From: Nemertoderma westbladi | Taxonomy: Eukaryota > Animalia > Xenacoelomorpha | Assembly: GCA_032718475.1 (NCBI GenBank) | Contig: JAUCBJ010000816.1 | Span: 36,476 to 100,475, forward strand | Direction: 5' to 3' | Length of the DNA stretch: 64,000 nt | Shown: positions 33,721-45,184 of the stretch, one piece after another | Layout: the number at the start of each line of letters is the position of its first letter | How positions within the stretch are numbered: the stretch's first letter is position 1 | Made by a program: the position numbers and the translations under genes | Notes under the pieces: model-generated | The model's input: the letters and a program-made list of their open reading frames with translations, nothing else | What the model was told of the DNA's origin: nothing | Database searches by the model: none

Positions 33721-35849
33721 GCATAAGAGATTAGGGCCTTAGGGAGTGGTAGAGAGTATGAGAGCAGTCCTAAGAGAAGTCTAAAGAGGAGGTGTTGGCG
33801 AGAGAGAATGAGTGGAGTGCAATTCGAATGTGGGGGGGGGGGGGGGGGGGGAGCAGAGTGAAGTTAGAGAGAGTAAGATAGAGCTGAAGTGGAGCTAGTG
33901 AGAAGTCACAGTTCAGAGTGAGAGGGTTTTTAAAATTGTGTGAGGATTCCACAATTGTCTCGAACCGAGACGCCAGATGTCTTGGTGCAACATAGGTTGA
34001 GGTTGCACCAAGAGAGGGTAGTAATATCAGACCCAGAGGGAGCGGCCTGGAAAGCCGACTCCAAGAAAGAGGACTCCACCCCACACCCGATAGTAGATCG
34101 GGTTCCAGCGGAATTGAAGCGCACTCATAGGTGATGCTATCTTCTCACCAGGAAGATAGCATGGGGGGAGTGTGAGCGGATTGAATTCCGCCTCACCAAC
34201 CCCATAAAGTTGGGAAGTTGCGTTTGCAGCAATATTGGGGGATACGAGGTTAATCACAAATTAATCTCGTATCACCCCCAATAACGGGGACAACATATAG
34301 CCCCAAAGAGCCACACAAAGGAGGTTAGAGGTCAAACCGCCTCGAGAAGGGAAGTGACAGCAGCGGGGGGGGGGGGGGGGGGGGAAGCACTCCCACAGAG
34401 ATGGGAGCCGAGAATTAGGTTGTTAGCCAATGAGGGGCGAGGGAGAGCATCCGCTAGGTAGTAAGGCCACAGTAGAGTAGGGGTGAATATATATTATGTT
34501 GCATCCCATTACCGGTCAGTTTGTTTACTCAGTCATTAGTTCACTGCGGACCGGCGACATAGTTCGACCGTCATTGCGGTGCTGCTATACATATTATCCA
34601 TTTTGTTACCGTTATTGCTTCTATGCTATCATTAGTTCATTTATATTATATTATCAGTCAGTCAGTTGAACACCAAACTCAAACCTTTTTACATCCACCT
34701 ATCAGCCTGCTGTGACGCGTAAGGACTCTACCCGGTCGGGATCCCTTGATCCCGTCACACACCCTATGCTGCTCGCATTCTATATTGTGTTTAGAATAAC
34801 CGCTTTCAGTTAAAATTACATTTCCATCATAAATGGTTTAATGTACTCTACCTAACAGCGAAATACAGTACCGTATAATACTGCAGGTAACGATGCCATA
34901 CAGTATTGCTTGCTATATGAAGTACTGTATTTAGGTACTCAAATTGGGTGAGTTTTATGTTACCACTATGTGGTACAACCTGTGACGCGCTGCGCTGTCG
35001 TTCCTTGTCTATCCATGCTATGGAAAAATCTTGTCCAGCAGACCAGCCTCTTAGACCAGTCTCCTCAGCTGCAGGTGTAATCTACAGTTTATAGTGTAGG
35101 GGTCGACCTTTGGCTATGACATTGTACAAGTCGACTCGTCATAAAATATAAACAATCAGGCTACTGTGAATATTGTAAAACCAATAAATCGTGAAGTTGC
35201 CCTTCACATTGAGGTTCTTCAAATGAGATGTTGCATCTACCAACGACGAGTCGAAGACCATTCTAAAATGAGCGAACTGTATGAGAACAATGATCCAGAA
35301 CGGAACCACTGCATTTTACCCGAAATAGAAATGGCCAGCCATTTATACTGCAAAACTTTGCTTGTGGACTATCAAACTAAAGAAAAGTTGAAGAAGTTGT
35401 TCTGTATCTGCCTCGGGCCATTATACAAGAAATTTTTCATCTACAGTAAAAGACATGACCGTGGGGCCTCGCACACATTTAAGTCCAGACGCGCCTTTGG
35501 GTTGTAAAATGAGTGGATCTAGTCATTCGTCCCCTAGCGGTCGACGAATGAACTATAGATATCTGCCTGTTTGAGGAATTTCTAAACATTCCATAGACTA
35601 TGTTTACCAAGCTTGATTCCATTTCATCAAAGTTGTACCGACTTATCAGCGCTCAAACTTTTCGACAACATCGACGACAGACGGATCCACTAATTATACC
35701 CTATTCTCTAAGTCTCACCTGGATTGCACTTCAATTGCATGTCAAAAAGTAAAATCTAAACTTTATCGGCAAACGTACTGTAGAATTCGTATTGCAACCG
35801 CTTGTTACTTTTAAACTATCAAGTTCTGTAAATATAATCCTGTAATCGA

Positions 35850-37990
35850 AGCCATTAGATATTGTACCAGAGTTCTTTGAATCTTAAGCGAACCCAGCAA
35901 TCAAACAGAATTATATTAAGTTTTATTTACATATTGTTAATTAATAGGAGGGACATTTTTTCTGCTCATTTAGTTGAGTTCAAATCGTTGTCACAATTTC
36001 TTTAAAAATCCGTTGTCACAATTTAAGTTTCCCGCACTCAAAAATCAGTACACATTAATGACAAAACCACCGCCGCCACCATGAACATTGGCAAATCACT
36101 GATGATCCCTATACACTAACAACCGCAGTATATGTTAGGCGCTAAAGTTACTATTTCTCCCAGCACTACATAGTATAGTAATCAGTATAGCGAAATTACT
36201 TTTAAAAAAATGTAATATTTTTGGACCTCATGAGTATGCAAAAGGTCAAAAAATAACTATTATCGGTAAAACTACTACGTTGGTAATGCAACCATCTGTA
36301 TACTGGTAAGCTCTAAAGTAATTATCCAATAATCGAAGCCATTTGTATACCGCACCTACAAAGATGATATAGATAAAAATGCAGCCACATTAATATTCAA
36401 TAAATGATTAATTTACTGAACGATGCAGCCATTTTACTTCTTTTACACCGTATTGTATAGGCCAAATCCTTTATTCAAGTGAATCTATGAATTTGCAGCC
36501 AAAATACAACTTCATCATAAACGCTAGGTTCAGGAAATATACCTTAGATATTGTACCGTAGTTCTTTGAATCAGTAAATTCTATTAAGTTTTATGTTTCG
36601 GATGTGAAATGGTAAGATGAGTTCAAATCTGTTGCCAAAATTTATCTAGAGTTTCCCGCACTCAAGAATCAGTACATTAATGACAAAATCACCATGAACA
36701 TCGGCTAATCACTGATGATCCCTATACACAAACAACCACAGTACAGTATGTTGGGAGCTAAAGTTACTATTTCTCATAGCACTACATTATAGTAATCAGA
36801 ATCATTTCTTTCACGAACAAACAAAATGAGTGAGAAAAAATAAAGCCACGAAGATCAAAACAGACACTTTGCAGCAAGTGTATACTGTACTGTTGGTATA
36901 TTTATTTCTCTACATTTTTGCACAGAGAAATGACTCCTTAGGAAACTTTTCTGTTTTAAAAAATGTAATATTTTTGGACCTCATGAGTATGCAAAAGAGC
37001 CAAGAAAATAACTATTATCGGTAAAACTACTACGTTGTTGGTATTGCAACCAACTGTATACTGGTAAGCTCTCAAGTAATTATCCAGTAATCGAAGCCAT
37101 TTGTATACCGCACCTACAAAGGAGATATATATACAAAGAAGATAAAAATGCAGCCACATGAATATTCAATAAATTATTAATTTAATGAACGGTGCAGCCA
37201 TTTTACTTCTTTTACACTGCATTGTAGAGGCCAAATGATTTATTTAAGATTGCAGCAATTTGTAAGTTAAATTGTATATAATTGGATATGAATTTGCAGC
37301 CAAAATACAACTTCTTCATAAACGCTAGGTTCAGGAAATATATCTTAGATATTGTCCCATAGTTCTTTGAATCAGTAAATTCTATAAAGTTTTTTTTTAC
37401 ATGTTGTAAATTAATAGGAAGGACATTGTTTCTGATGTGAAATACAGTAGTAAGCTGAGTTCAAATACAGTATGTTTTCACAATTTTTCTGAAGTTTCCC
37501 CGCTCTCAAGAATCAGTACATTTAATGACAAAATCACCATGAACATTGGCTAATCCCTGATGATCCCTATACACAAACACCACAGTATGTTGGGAGCTAC
37601 AGTTACTATGAACAATGAAGATATTGAAAATGTGCAGCCAATATATTTTTAACTAAATGATTAATTTAATCAGCTGTGCAGCCATTTCCTTCTTATATAC
37701 TGCATTGTATGGTCAGTAATAGGCCAACTCGAATATTCAAAATTGCAGCTATTTGTATGTTAATAGTATAAGGCATGGCTCATAAATTTGCAGCAAAATG
37801 ACACTTCGTTAAAAATCTACCTACAGCAAGATACAGTAGTATTGTAGATACATACTATTCATAGGCTTACATTAAAGTTCAAGTTTATCTTTAATATTGT
37901 CAAATATAGGAGTTAATAGAAGTATGGATATTATAATGTGAAATACTAAGCTGAGTCTAAATATGTTGTCAGCATTCTTATAAGGTTCCC
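35850..37990. repeat. Large-unit tandem array (~690-800 bp, 3 units plus a diverged part)
   Basis: TTAGATATTGT.CC..AGTTCTTTGAATC at ~35856, 36544 and 37345. Shared TGATGATCCCTATACAC and TGCAGCCA blocks. Confidence 0.8.
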
Positions 37991-38792
37991 GTACTAAAAC
38001 AGATTAAAAATAAAAATCGAAATTAAATCACCATTACAAGAAAGACCCCATAATAAAATCTTACATTGGGCGACGGTGTGCCTCTGTATTGATTATTGAT
38101 TGTTAGGCAGAACGATCAACATTGGCAAACAATCAATATTCTTTAAAACGTTAAAACGGACATCGGAAAATAGATGAGGAAATTCCCAAGAAGCAAAAAT
38201 TTCTGGTCGCTGGTGTACTGTACTATGATATTATTATCGTTTTTGACTGATATAAATAATGACAGTCCCTCAATCATTATAATTGACATCGGAAATGATA
38301 ACCCGGGCCAGGAAAACCCAGATATAAATAATCTTAGTTAGGACTTACAATAAGGATACACAACACATCTACTGCAGGCCCCTCCTCCAGTATTCATATC
38401 TTGGTTCTCTCATAACAGTAATACCTAATGCAGTACATACATTAGTTCAAGATTTTATGCAGCCATTGTTGTGAAAATAAGCGGCAGCCAATAAGTCATT
38501 ATTTATACAAGAATATCTATATAATTCAGCAAAATATCTATGTAATTCTCCAAAATATATATATCGAGATAATAATTCACCCAAAAATTTAAATTGCAGC
38601 CACTGTAGTAACCAGGCTTTTTGCAGCCAAATGAATGCGGATGTTTTAGAAAGACCATATGTATATATATACCATATGTATATGTCACTATGTATATATC
38701 ATGATGCAACCAATAAGCCATTATTCATATAATCCATTGACACCACATGCTGCATTGTACATCTATATATATATATATGTATATATTTCTTC

Positions 38793-39062
38793 ATGTATTA
38801 TATTTTTCAATAAATAAATATACACCACTCAGTCACTTAAAAAATATAGCTACTCTTTTGCAAATTTTCGGGTTTACGAAACTCTTATTCATGCATTATG
38901 TGATTTAATCAATTATTATGGTTTTATATTTTTTGCACTAAATTTCTATTTGACATAATGCATGAATAAGGGTTGCGTAAACCCGAAAATTTGCAAAAGA
39001 GTAGCTATATTTTTTAAGTGACAGAGTGGTGTAAATATATTTATTGAAAAATATAATACATA
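38793..39062. mobile_element. Fold-back MITE / long palindrome
   Basis: ~108-bp inverted arms (38793-38900 and 38952-39061) around a ~50-bp spacer. Core TA|CACCACTC...GAGTGGTG|TA. Confidence 0.8.
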
Positions 39063-39309
39063 GATAAATATTTATTTATATTATTATTATATTATATAAT
39101 ATTTATTTATTTATAATATTTATATATACACGTATGGTTGGAGTTGAAAGAGATTTTAAAAGATAATATAGTTTATGTATATATAAGATATATATATATA
39201 TATAATATATATGAATAATAAATATGAATATGTGAATATATAAATGAATATATATTTATTATATATACCGAACTGCCGAATTCCAAAAAAGCATTTAAAG
39301 CATGCCCAA

Positions 39310-40566
39310 TAATAAAGCGAGTGGATTAGATGAAATCCCTGCGGAGGTATGGGAAACAGGAGTGCTAAACAGACCATTGAATGTTTGCAACCGGATGTTA
39401 AAAGGGGAAAAGCCACCACCAATTTAGACTAAAGGTCAACTAAAGCCTCTCCCCAAGATAGGAGACCTCGGTATACCAAAAAACTATCGTGGGATCTGTC
39501 TGCTTGTGGTAGCTGCCAAAATATACAATAAAATGATTCTATATAGGATTAGGCCTCACATAGAGAAGCTACTGCGTAAGAGCCAAAACGGATTTCGACC
39601 AAATAGATCAACAATAGCTCAGATACTTGCACTACGGAGACTGATTGAAGGAATTAAGTCAAAGAATCTCCCCGCAGTCATGACTTTTGTGGACTTCAAG
39701 AAGGCATTCGACTCCATCCATAGAGGTAAAATGCTTGAAATCCTAAGAGCTTGTGAAATACCAGAAGTAATTGTTGCTGGCATTGGATTGTTATATTGTG
39801 ACACAGAAGCACAGGTACTCTCACCAGTTGGTGAAACTGAATTTTTCTCAATCCTGGCTGGCATATCCATGATCCTAGGTACTGGAAGTCGTCGACCTCC
39901 CTTAGTTGATTATTATCAATGGTTGTCAAGTTTCCATCAACATTAAAAGTCTTGAATTCGGTCTTGGTAGCATTTATATGCAATCCAACCTCCTTAGCAG
40001 CCCTCTCCACTTTATTTAGTAGAAGCTGTGCATCTGCTAGCGTATTAGAGAGCAAGGCGATGTCATCCGCAAAGTCGGTGTCTGTGACTGTAGTTGCCGG
40101 ATATCTACTACTGTACTTCTGCGTTTTTGAAGTGTGAATCCCAGATATTCACCCTTTGTGGCCGTCTTCATTGCGTAATCCAGTACAATTACGAATAGTA
40201 ATGGTGCTAATGTGTCACCTTGCACAAGACTACTAAGGGCAGCCCTAAACATCAGCTGGAGACAACACATGACAAACGCCGAGCTTTATGGTACAATACC
40301 ACCTGTATCAACCACCCTCCGTGAACGCAGATTAAGATTCAGTGGGCACTGCTGGCGAAGTAAAGACGAGGTCATACCAGATCTACTTTTCTGGCTACCA
40401 ACTCATGGAAAGCGTAGTCGTGGACGACCGGCCATAACATATATAGATCAACTTGAAAGGGATACTGAACTTGGGAGAAACGAAATTGCGACAACTATTG
40501 AGAATCGGGAATCCTGGAAGGATCTCATTTCCACTGTCCGAGTTCACTCGACCTAGTAGTAGTAAT
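39310..40566 (+). mobile_element. 5'-truncated RTE-clade LINE with an internal inversion
   Basis: Plus strand GLDEIPAEVW..NYRGI..QNGFRPNRST..FVDFKKAFDSI..ILAG to ~39865. Minus strand VQGDTLAPLLF..FADDIALL..FQYLGSWI at 40225-39866. Plus strand TRLLRAALNISW..RLRFSGHC. (TAG)n tail. Confidence 0.9.
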
Positions 40567-41473
40567 ATTAGCCATATTCAGACTGTAACTTTCAGGTTCT
40601 GTCGCAGCCGTATTTGTTTGTTGTTGAATAATATTTGTCGCGGTATCTGGAGAAGGAGCTGCAAAATTTATGTAAAAATTTTCAAAAATTTTCAGTTAAC
40701 TGTTCTGGGAGGAATTCCAATCTAATAATGGGTTGAATATTCAAATTCCATTCCATGTACCGTACGTACCGTACGTACACGTACCGTACATGTGCGCAAG
40801 CGAATCGCAAGCGTAAAACCCAGGCGTATCTGATGTGATTCCCTAGAGTTATGGCCGACTCTTAAAGCAAGCGACCTACTTGAGTTATGTCGCATAAATA
40901 TCGCAACAACTTGCGTTCAGTCGCAAAAAACTTCACTTGCGACTTTCAAGCGTTATGACGCATAAATATCGCAAAAATCTGCTGGTTGTGATTTTCGTGT
41001 AATTTTATACTGAGACTTTCTAGTGACTGATAGATAGATAGATACTGTAGATAGATTTATTTATACATTATGTAAAAACAATAACAAATACACCAAACAA
41101 TGTACCGGTATAAAGGTATTGTCCAACACAACATATAGGATTACCCCTAAAGCTTTGCAGCTTATTTCCAAGGGGGTCCTTTATGTTACTGAAAACATGT
41201 CACTGTGGTTGATTATTCTGTTATTGTATATATGGGCTACAATACCATAAGATGCCTACTTATCTTACATTATAGGCCTACTCTATAGCCTAGACTTAGA
41301 ACATTAGACATTTCTTACTATATGAATCAATACTAGAAATGGTTGATTATATTTTAGATATTAGAATAACCATGATGAACTTTTAACTAATCCCTATAAT
41401 TTTATATTCTTTACAATATATTAATATAATATATATGTAATTGACAGCTATATTAGATAATTCCATGCACAAT

Positions 41474-41750
41474 GGTTCCACCTTGTGTAGTGGTTGCATT
41501 GAATTCACATCTCCCGTAGGTCGTGGGTTCGATCCTCACATGGGCCAGGGCAGTTTTCGTTTAGGCACGAATGCTTTAAAGGGACCAGCCAGGGCGCATC
41601 TCTGCCTTGCATCCTTAAGTGGTAGCTAAATGAGTACTGGAGTTTTCTCTGGGGAGTGAAGTTCTGGGGGGACCGCACTGGAAATAAGTCGTCAGACTTT
41701 GTGCGTAATCCCTGGCCTAGCGGCCGAAGAAAATTTACTTTTTTACTTTT
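41474..41750 (+). mobile_element. tRNA-derived SINE, copy 2
   Basis: Highly similar to 3092-3348, with A/B boxes and a TTTACTTT tail. Confidence 0.85.
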
Positions 41751-41829
41751 AATTCATATTCATCAATTTTATATTTTAAAACAATTTATTGGTCTTTTTG
41801 ATAACTCCAAGAAGACCACAATTTTGACA

Positions 41830-42115
41830 GTTAACTTTGAAAATCCTCAGGAAATGGTGTCTTGAGCATGTGAAACGACTTCTGAACCCCTGGGATCATG
41901 GATCAAGAAGTCAGTTGGGGACCTTCGAATACGTAGGTAAAGGCGTGGACAGCATTGAATGGGCTTTCCAGGATTTGGAAGTCACATAAAATTCATCGGA
42001 AACTTAATGTCCGATTATTTAGAGCAACAGTAGAACCAGTACTCCTATGTGGGAGAGAAGATGCATACAATCTCGCGATTGTCATGGTGGATAGGGAGTT
42101 GTGGCGGCGAAATTT
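41830..42115 (+). mobile_element. Deleted RTE fragment of the 4820-5525 family
   Basis: Shares CTGGGATCATGGATC, GACCTTCGAATACGTA, GTCCGATTATTTAGAGCA and GATAGGGAGTTGTGGCGGCG with 4820-5450. Confidence 0.7.
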
Positions 42116-42324
42116 TATCTATTACTAGCTTAGCATTATTATTGCAGCTGTATTACAGCATGCCAATTTTGGATTGCATGGTGGTGGTACAAGTTTTTAC
42201 AGCCTGCAAACTCATTCTGCAGCTGCATTAGGCCGATTATTGTAATACTGTAGTAATAGATTTACGAAGAGTAATTACGTTTTATATTTGTTTTAGGTTA
42301 TCATAGTGTATTTTGGTAATATTG

Positions 42325-42400
42325 TGGGGCGAGCCACGAAGTTGGCGGAGCCTTAGCGAATTGACACTGTTAGGGGGTGGGTCAATTTATGCAAATAGTT

Positions 42401-42439
<39 letters not shown>

Positions 42440-43600
42440 GTCGTCGTCGTCGTTGTCGTCGTCGTTACGATTTTGACATGCTAATAACTTTGTCGGATTT
42501 AAAGCTGCCAAGTTGAAAATTTGTAGGTATCAATATGAGCAAAAGTTGAGATTTTTGAGAGACTTTCAGACACCATCAGTGCAATGGTCTCCCGCTAGAG
42601 GGCCACATGTCTAAACATTAAAAGCCCTCCCATTTCTTTGCTTTTAATCCGTTTAAGCTGAAACTTGGCAGATATGTATTAGACCATTATCTGTGACTTT
42701 CAAAGGAGGCGAATCCATCTGCAGTTCTCCAGTCTGCCGCTAGAGGGCGAAATGTCCCGAATGTGAAATTATTCTTCCATTTAGTTGTTTATGATCTGAT
42801 TACGCTGAAACTTGTCGTATATGTACTAGATGACATCCTGAGTCTTTGTGTGGATTGTAATCGGTCCGAAGTTTTCCAGTCTGCCGGTAGAGGGCCACAT
42901 GTCTAAACATTAAATGGCCACCCATTTCTTTGCTTTTAATCCGTTTAAGCTGAAACTTGGGAAGTATGTACTAGACCATTAGCTGTAAATTTCAAAGGAG
43001 GCTAATCTGTCTGCAGTTCTCCAGTCTGCCGCTAGAGGGCGAAATGTCCCGAATGTGAAATTATTCTTCCATTTAGTTGTTTATGATCTGATTACGCTGA
43101 AACTTGTCATATATGTACTAGAAGACATCCTAAGTCTTTGTGTGGACAGTAATCGGTCCGGAGTTTTCGAGTCTGCCGCTAGAGGGCGAAATGTAGGAAA
43201 GTGATAACCTTCGCGAATTCCTTGATCTTAATCTATTTAAGCTGAATTTTGGAATATACAGTACCGGTATGTACTAGACCACATGCCTCGTCTTTGTGAG
43301 GAAGGTGATCGATCCGTAGTTCTTTAATATGCCGCTAGAGGGCTAAATGTATGAAAGTGAAAACCTTCCAACATTTCGTTATTTATGATCCGTCAATCGG
43401 AAACTTGGTAGATATGTAATAGACCAAAGGCTGTGGCTTTGTAGGGAAACTAATCCTTCCTTCTTCAGTTACCCAGTCTCCCGCTAGAGGGTTAACGTTT
43501 TCCGGGAAAATCTTCTCCTATGTTTTTATAATCCTTTCGAGTTGATACTTAGCATTAACTCATTTCACGTGCTGCGCGAAGGCCCCACTTCGTGTATTTG
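42325..43600 (+). mobile_element. Helentron-associated (HINE/DINE-1-like) non-autonomous element
   Basis: Subterminal inverted repeat CACGAAGT(T)GG (42336) / CCACTTCGTG (43585). (CGT)n microsatellite 42400-42465. Central array of ~147-bp units (CCGCTAGAGGGC x7) with a dimeric ~294-bp higher order. Confidence 0.65.
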
Positions 43601-43660
43601 TAACCAAGTAACATAAATGGTAACCAAGTAACATAAATGGTAACCAAGTAACATAAATGG
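43601..43660. repeat. 20-bp tandem repeat x3 (TAACCAAGTAACATAAATGG)
   Basis: Three perfect units. Confidence 0.9.
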
Positions 43661-43778
43661 GCACAAAAATAAGCTTCAAATCTTTGGGTGTAAATAAGTT
43701 AATACAAACTCAATATCTCTAAAATAATCAATTAAATAACTAACTGAAAATTTCGACCACTGGAATTCAATAACTTAC

Positions 43779-43958
43779 CTCACACAAATTTAATGGAAGG
43801 CTAGTGGGCTGGTAGAGTACGAGATATCGTCCTCGATTTCCGTTGCAGTTCACGTAGTATACACGTTCATCAGGAGAAGTTATCGTAGCGCAATGGTAAG
43901 CTGCTGTTGTGGCAATGATATTGAGGTCGTTATCGGAATTACTGTCACTTAGGTAAAC
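43779..43958 (-). CDS. Tandem F-type lectin exon (C-terminal half of domain 1)
   Basis: Acceptor TTGCAG|GTT and donor GAG|GTAAGT. Encodes VYLSD...HCATI...CNGNRGRYLVLYQ...LNLCE. Paralogous to exon 10065-9877. Confidence 0.92.
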
Positions 43959-45184
43959 CTGCAAGTAATTAATTACATTTTCATTATAATCCAGTTAATG
44001 ACAAAATTATATGTGTATTCCCTGAAACACTTACTCCCAATGGCAACATACACAACCCACGGAAGTCATTATTTATATCAGCATAGTAAGATACTACAGT
44101 ATGAATAATTAGTCTTATTTTCTCTGGGATTAACTGGCGAGCAAGCGTGCCAACAAGGTCAATGGTAAGCTTTAATACAACAAAATTGATATAAATTTAT
44201 AAGTCTGGCAGTTATATATTACTATAAAGCAGTTTACAGGAAGTACAGTACCAATTCCCATAGAAGTTAACTAACTCCAACTATATGCTCATCATTATCA
44301 GCCGTAATATTCGCTCCATGGTTCTTCTTCTTTTGCGATTAATTACTGGTTACTAGTTACTGGTTACTGGTTACTGGTTATTAATTACCTTAGATACATT
44401 AACGGTATCTTCCAAACCACTATCAACACGAATCTGGACAAGATGGGCAGATAAAATTCTATAATCTTGCATTTCACAAGTGACTGGGAATTTCCCTGTC
44501 TTACAGAAGACCCACTTACCAACCATCAATCATCAACATCAATCAGGTAAGTTTGGATTATGGTCATTTAAGCTTACTTTGATAGTAACAATGTGTTGGC
44601 AAGACCCCTGGATGGCTTCCTATAATCAGCTTACTTTGGAAATACCAGGGTTAGTTGCAAATAGTGAAAAATATCTCAAAGTTAAAAAATAATTCATGAG
44701 GTTATACACAAGTTACTGTAAAAGCTTTTGCGGACATAACAAGTCATTTTTACGCAATGCGCAGAATACTCTAAAATAGCCCTAAAATTATCCCGGACGG
44801 GAAGGAATTAGAACCCAGATGACGAAATCTGTCAGCTGATTCTCTGTGTACAGTGGAAGTTCTTTGTTCTGTCGTATTCAGCCAATCAGAGCAATTTTCA
44901 CTTTATGGCTAACAGAAACCTATGGAAACTCGCGCAATGCATTACGGTCTTTGTTTACTATTTTCTGAGAATCAGAACCAACTCAGGATTCTGTGCTTCT
45001 GTACGGAAGTTTCAGACTTTGGCCAGGCAACATCAGATGGCTTTGGTTATAAGAACGTAAATCTATTAACCCTGAAACACCACCTTGTCATCCAACCTTA
45101 TTTCATACTCAATTCATTTACATAAGTGAATATAAGTGGATATAAGTGAAATAAGTAAACCCTGTTGTAAACCCTAACCATAAA

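Larger units (their letters stand above)
31169..34759 (+). mobile_element. Internally deleted BEL/Pao element (second family)
   Basis: TSD CACCC (31164-31168, 34760-34764). The 5' LTR is truncated after ~33 bp (TGTGAGCGGATTCAATTCCGCC). Complete 3' LTR 34171-34759 (TG...CA) preceded by PPT GGGGGGAG. Gag, protease and integrase-tail remnants are present. Confidence 0.9.

Noticed and set aside
35166-35507. 113-aa ORF
   Set aside because: No recognisable motif or splice context. Possibly a transposase relic but unsupported.
42313-42516. Poly-Arg protamine-like ORF
   Set aside because: Translation of a (CGT)n microsatellite within a Helentron-like element.
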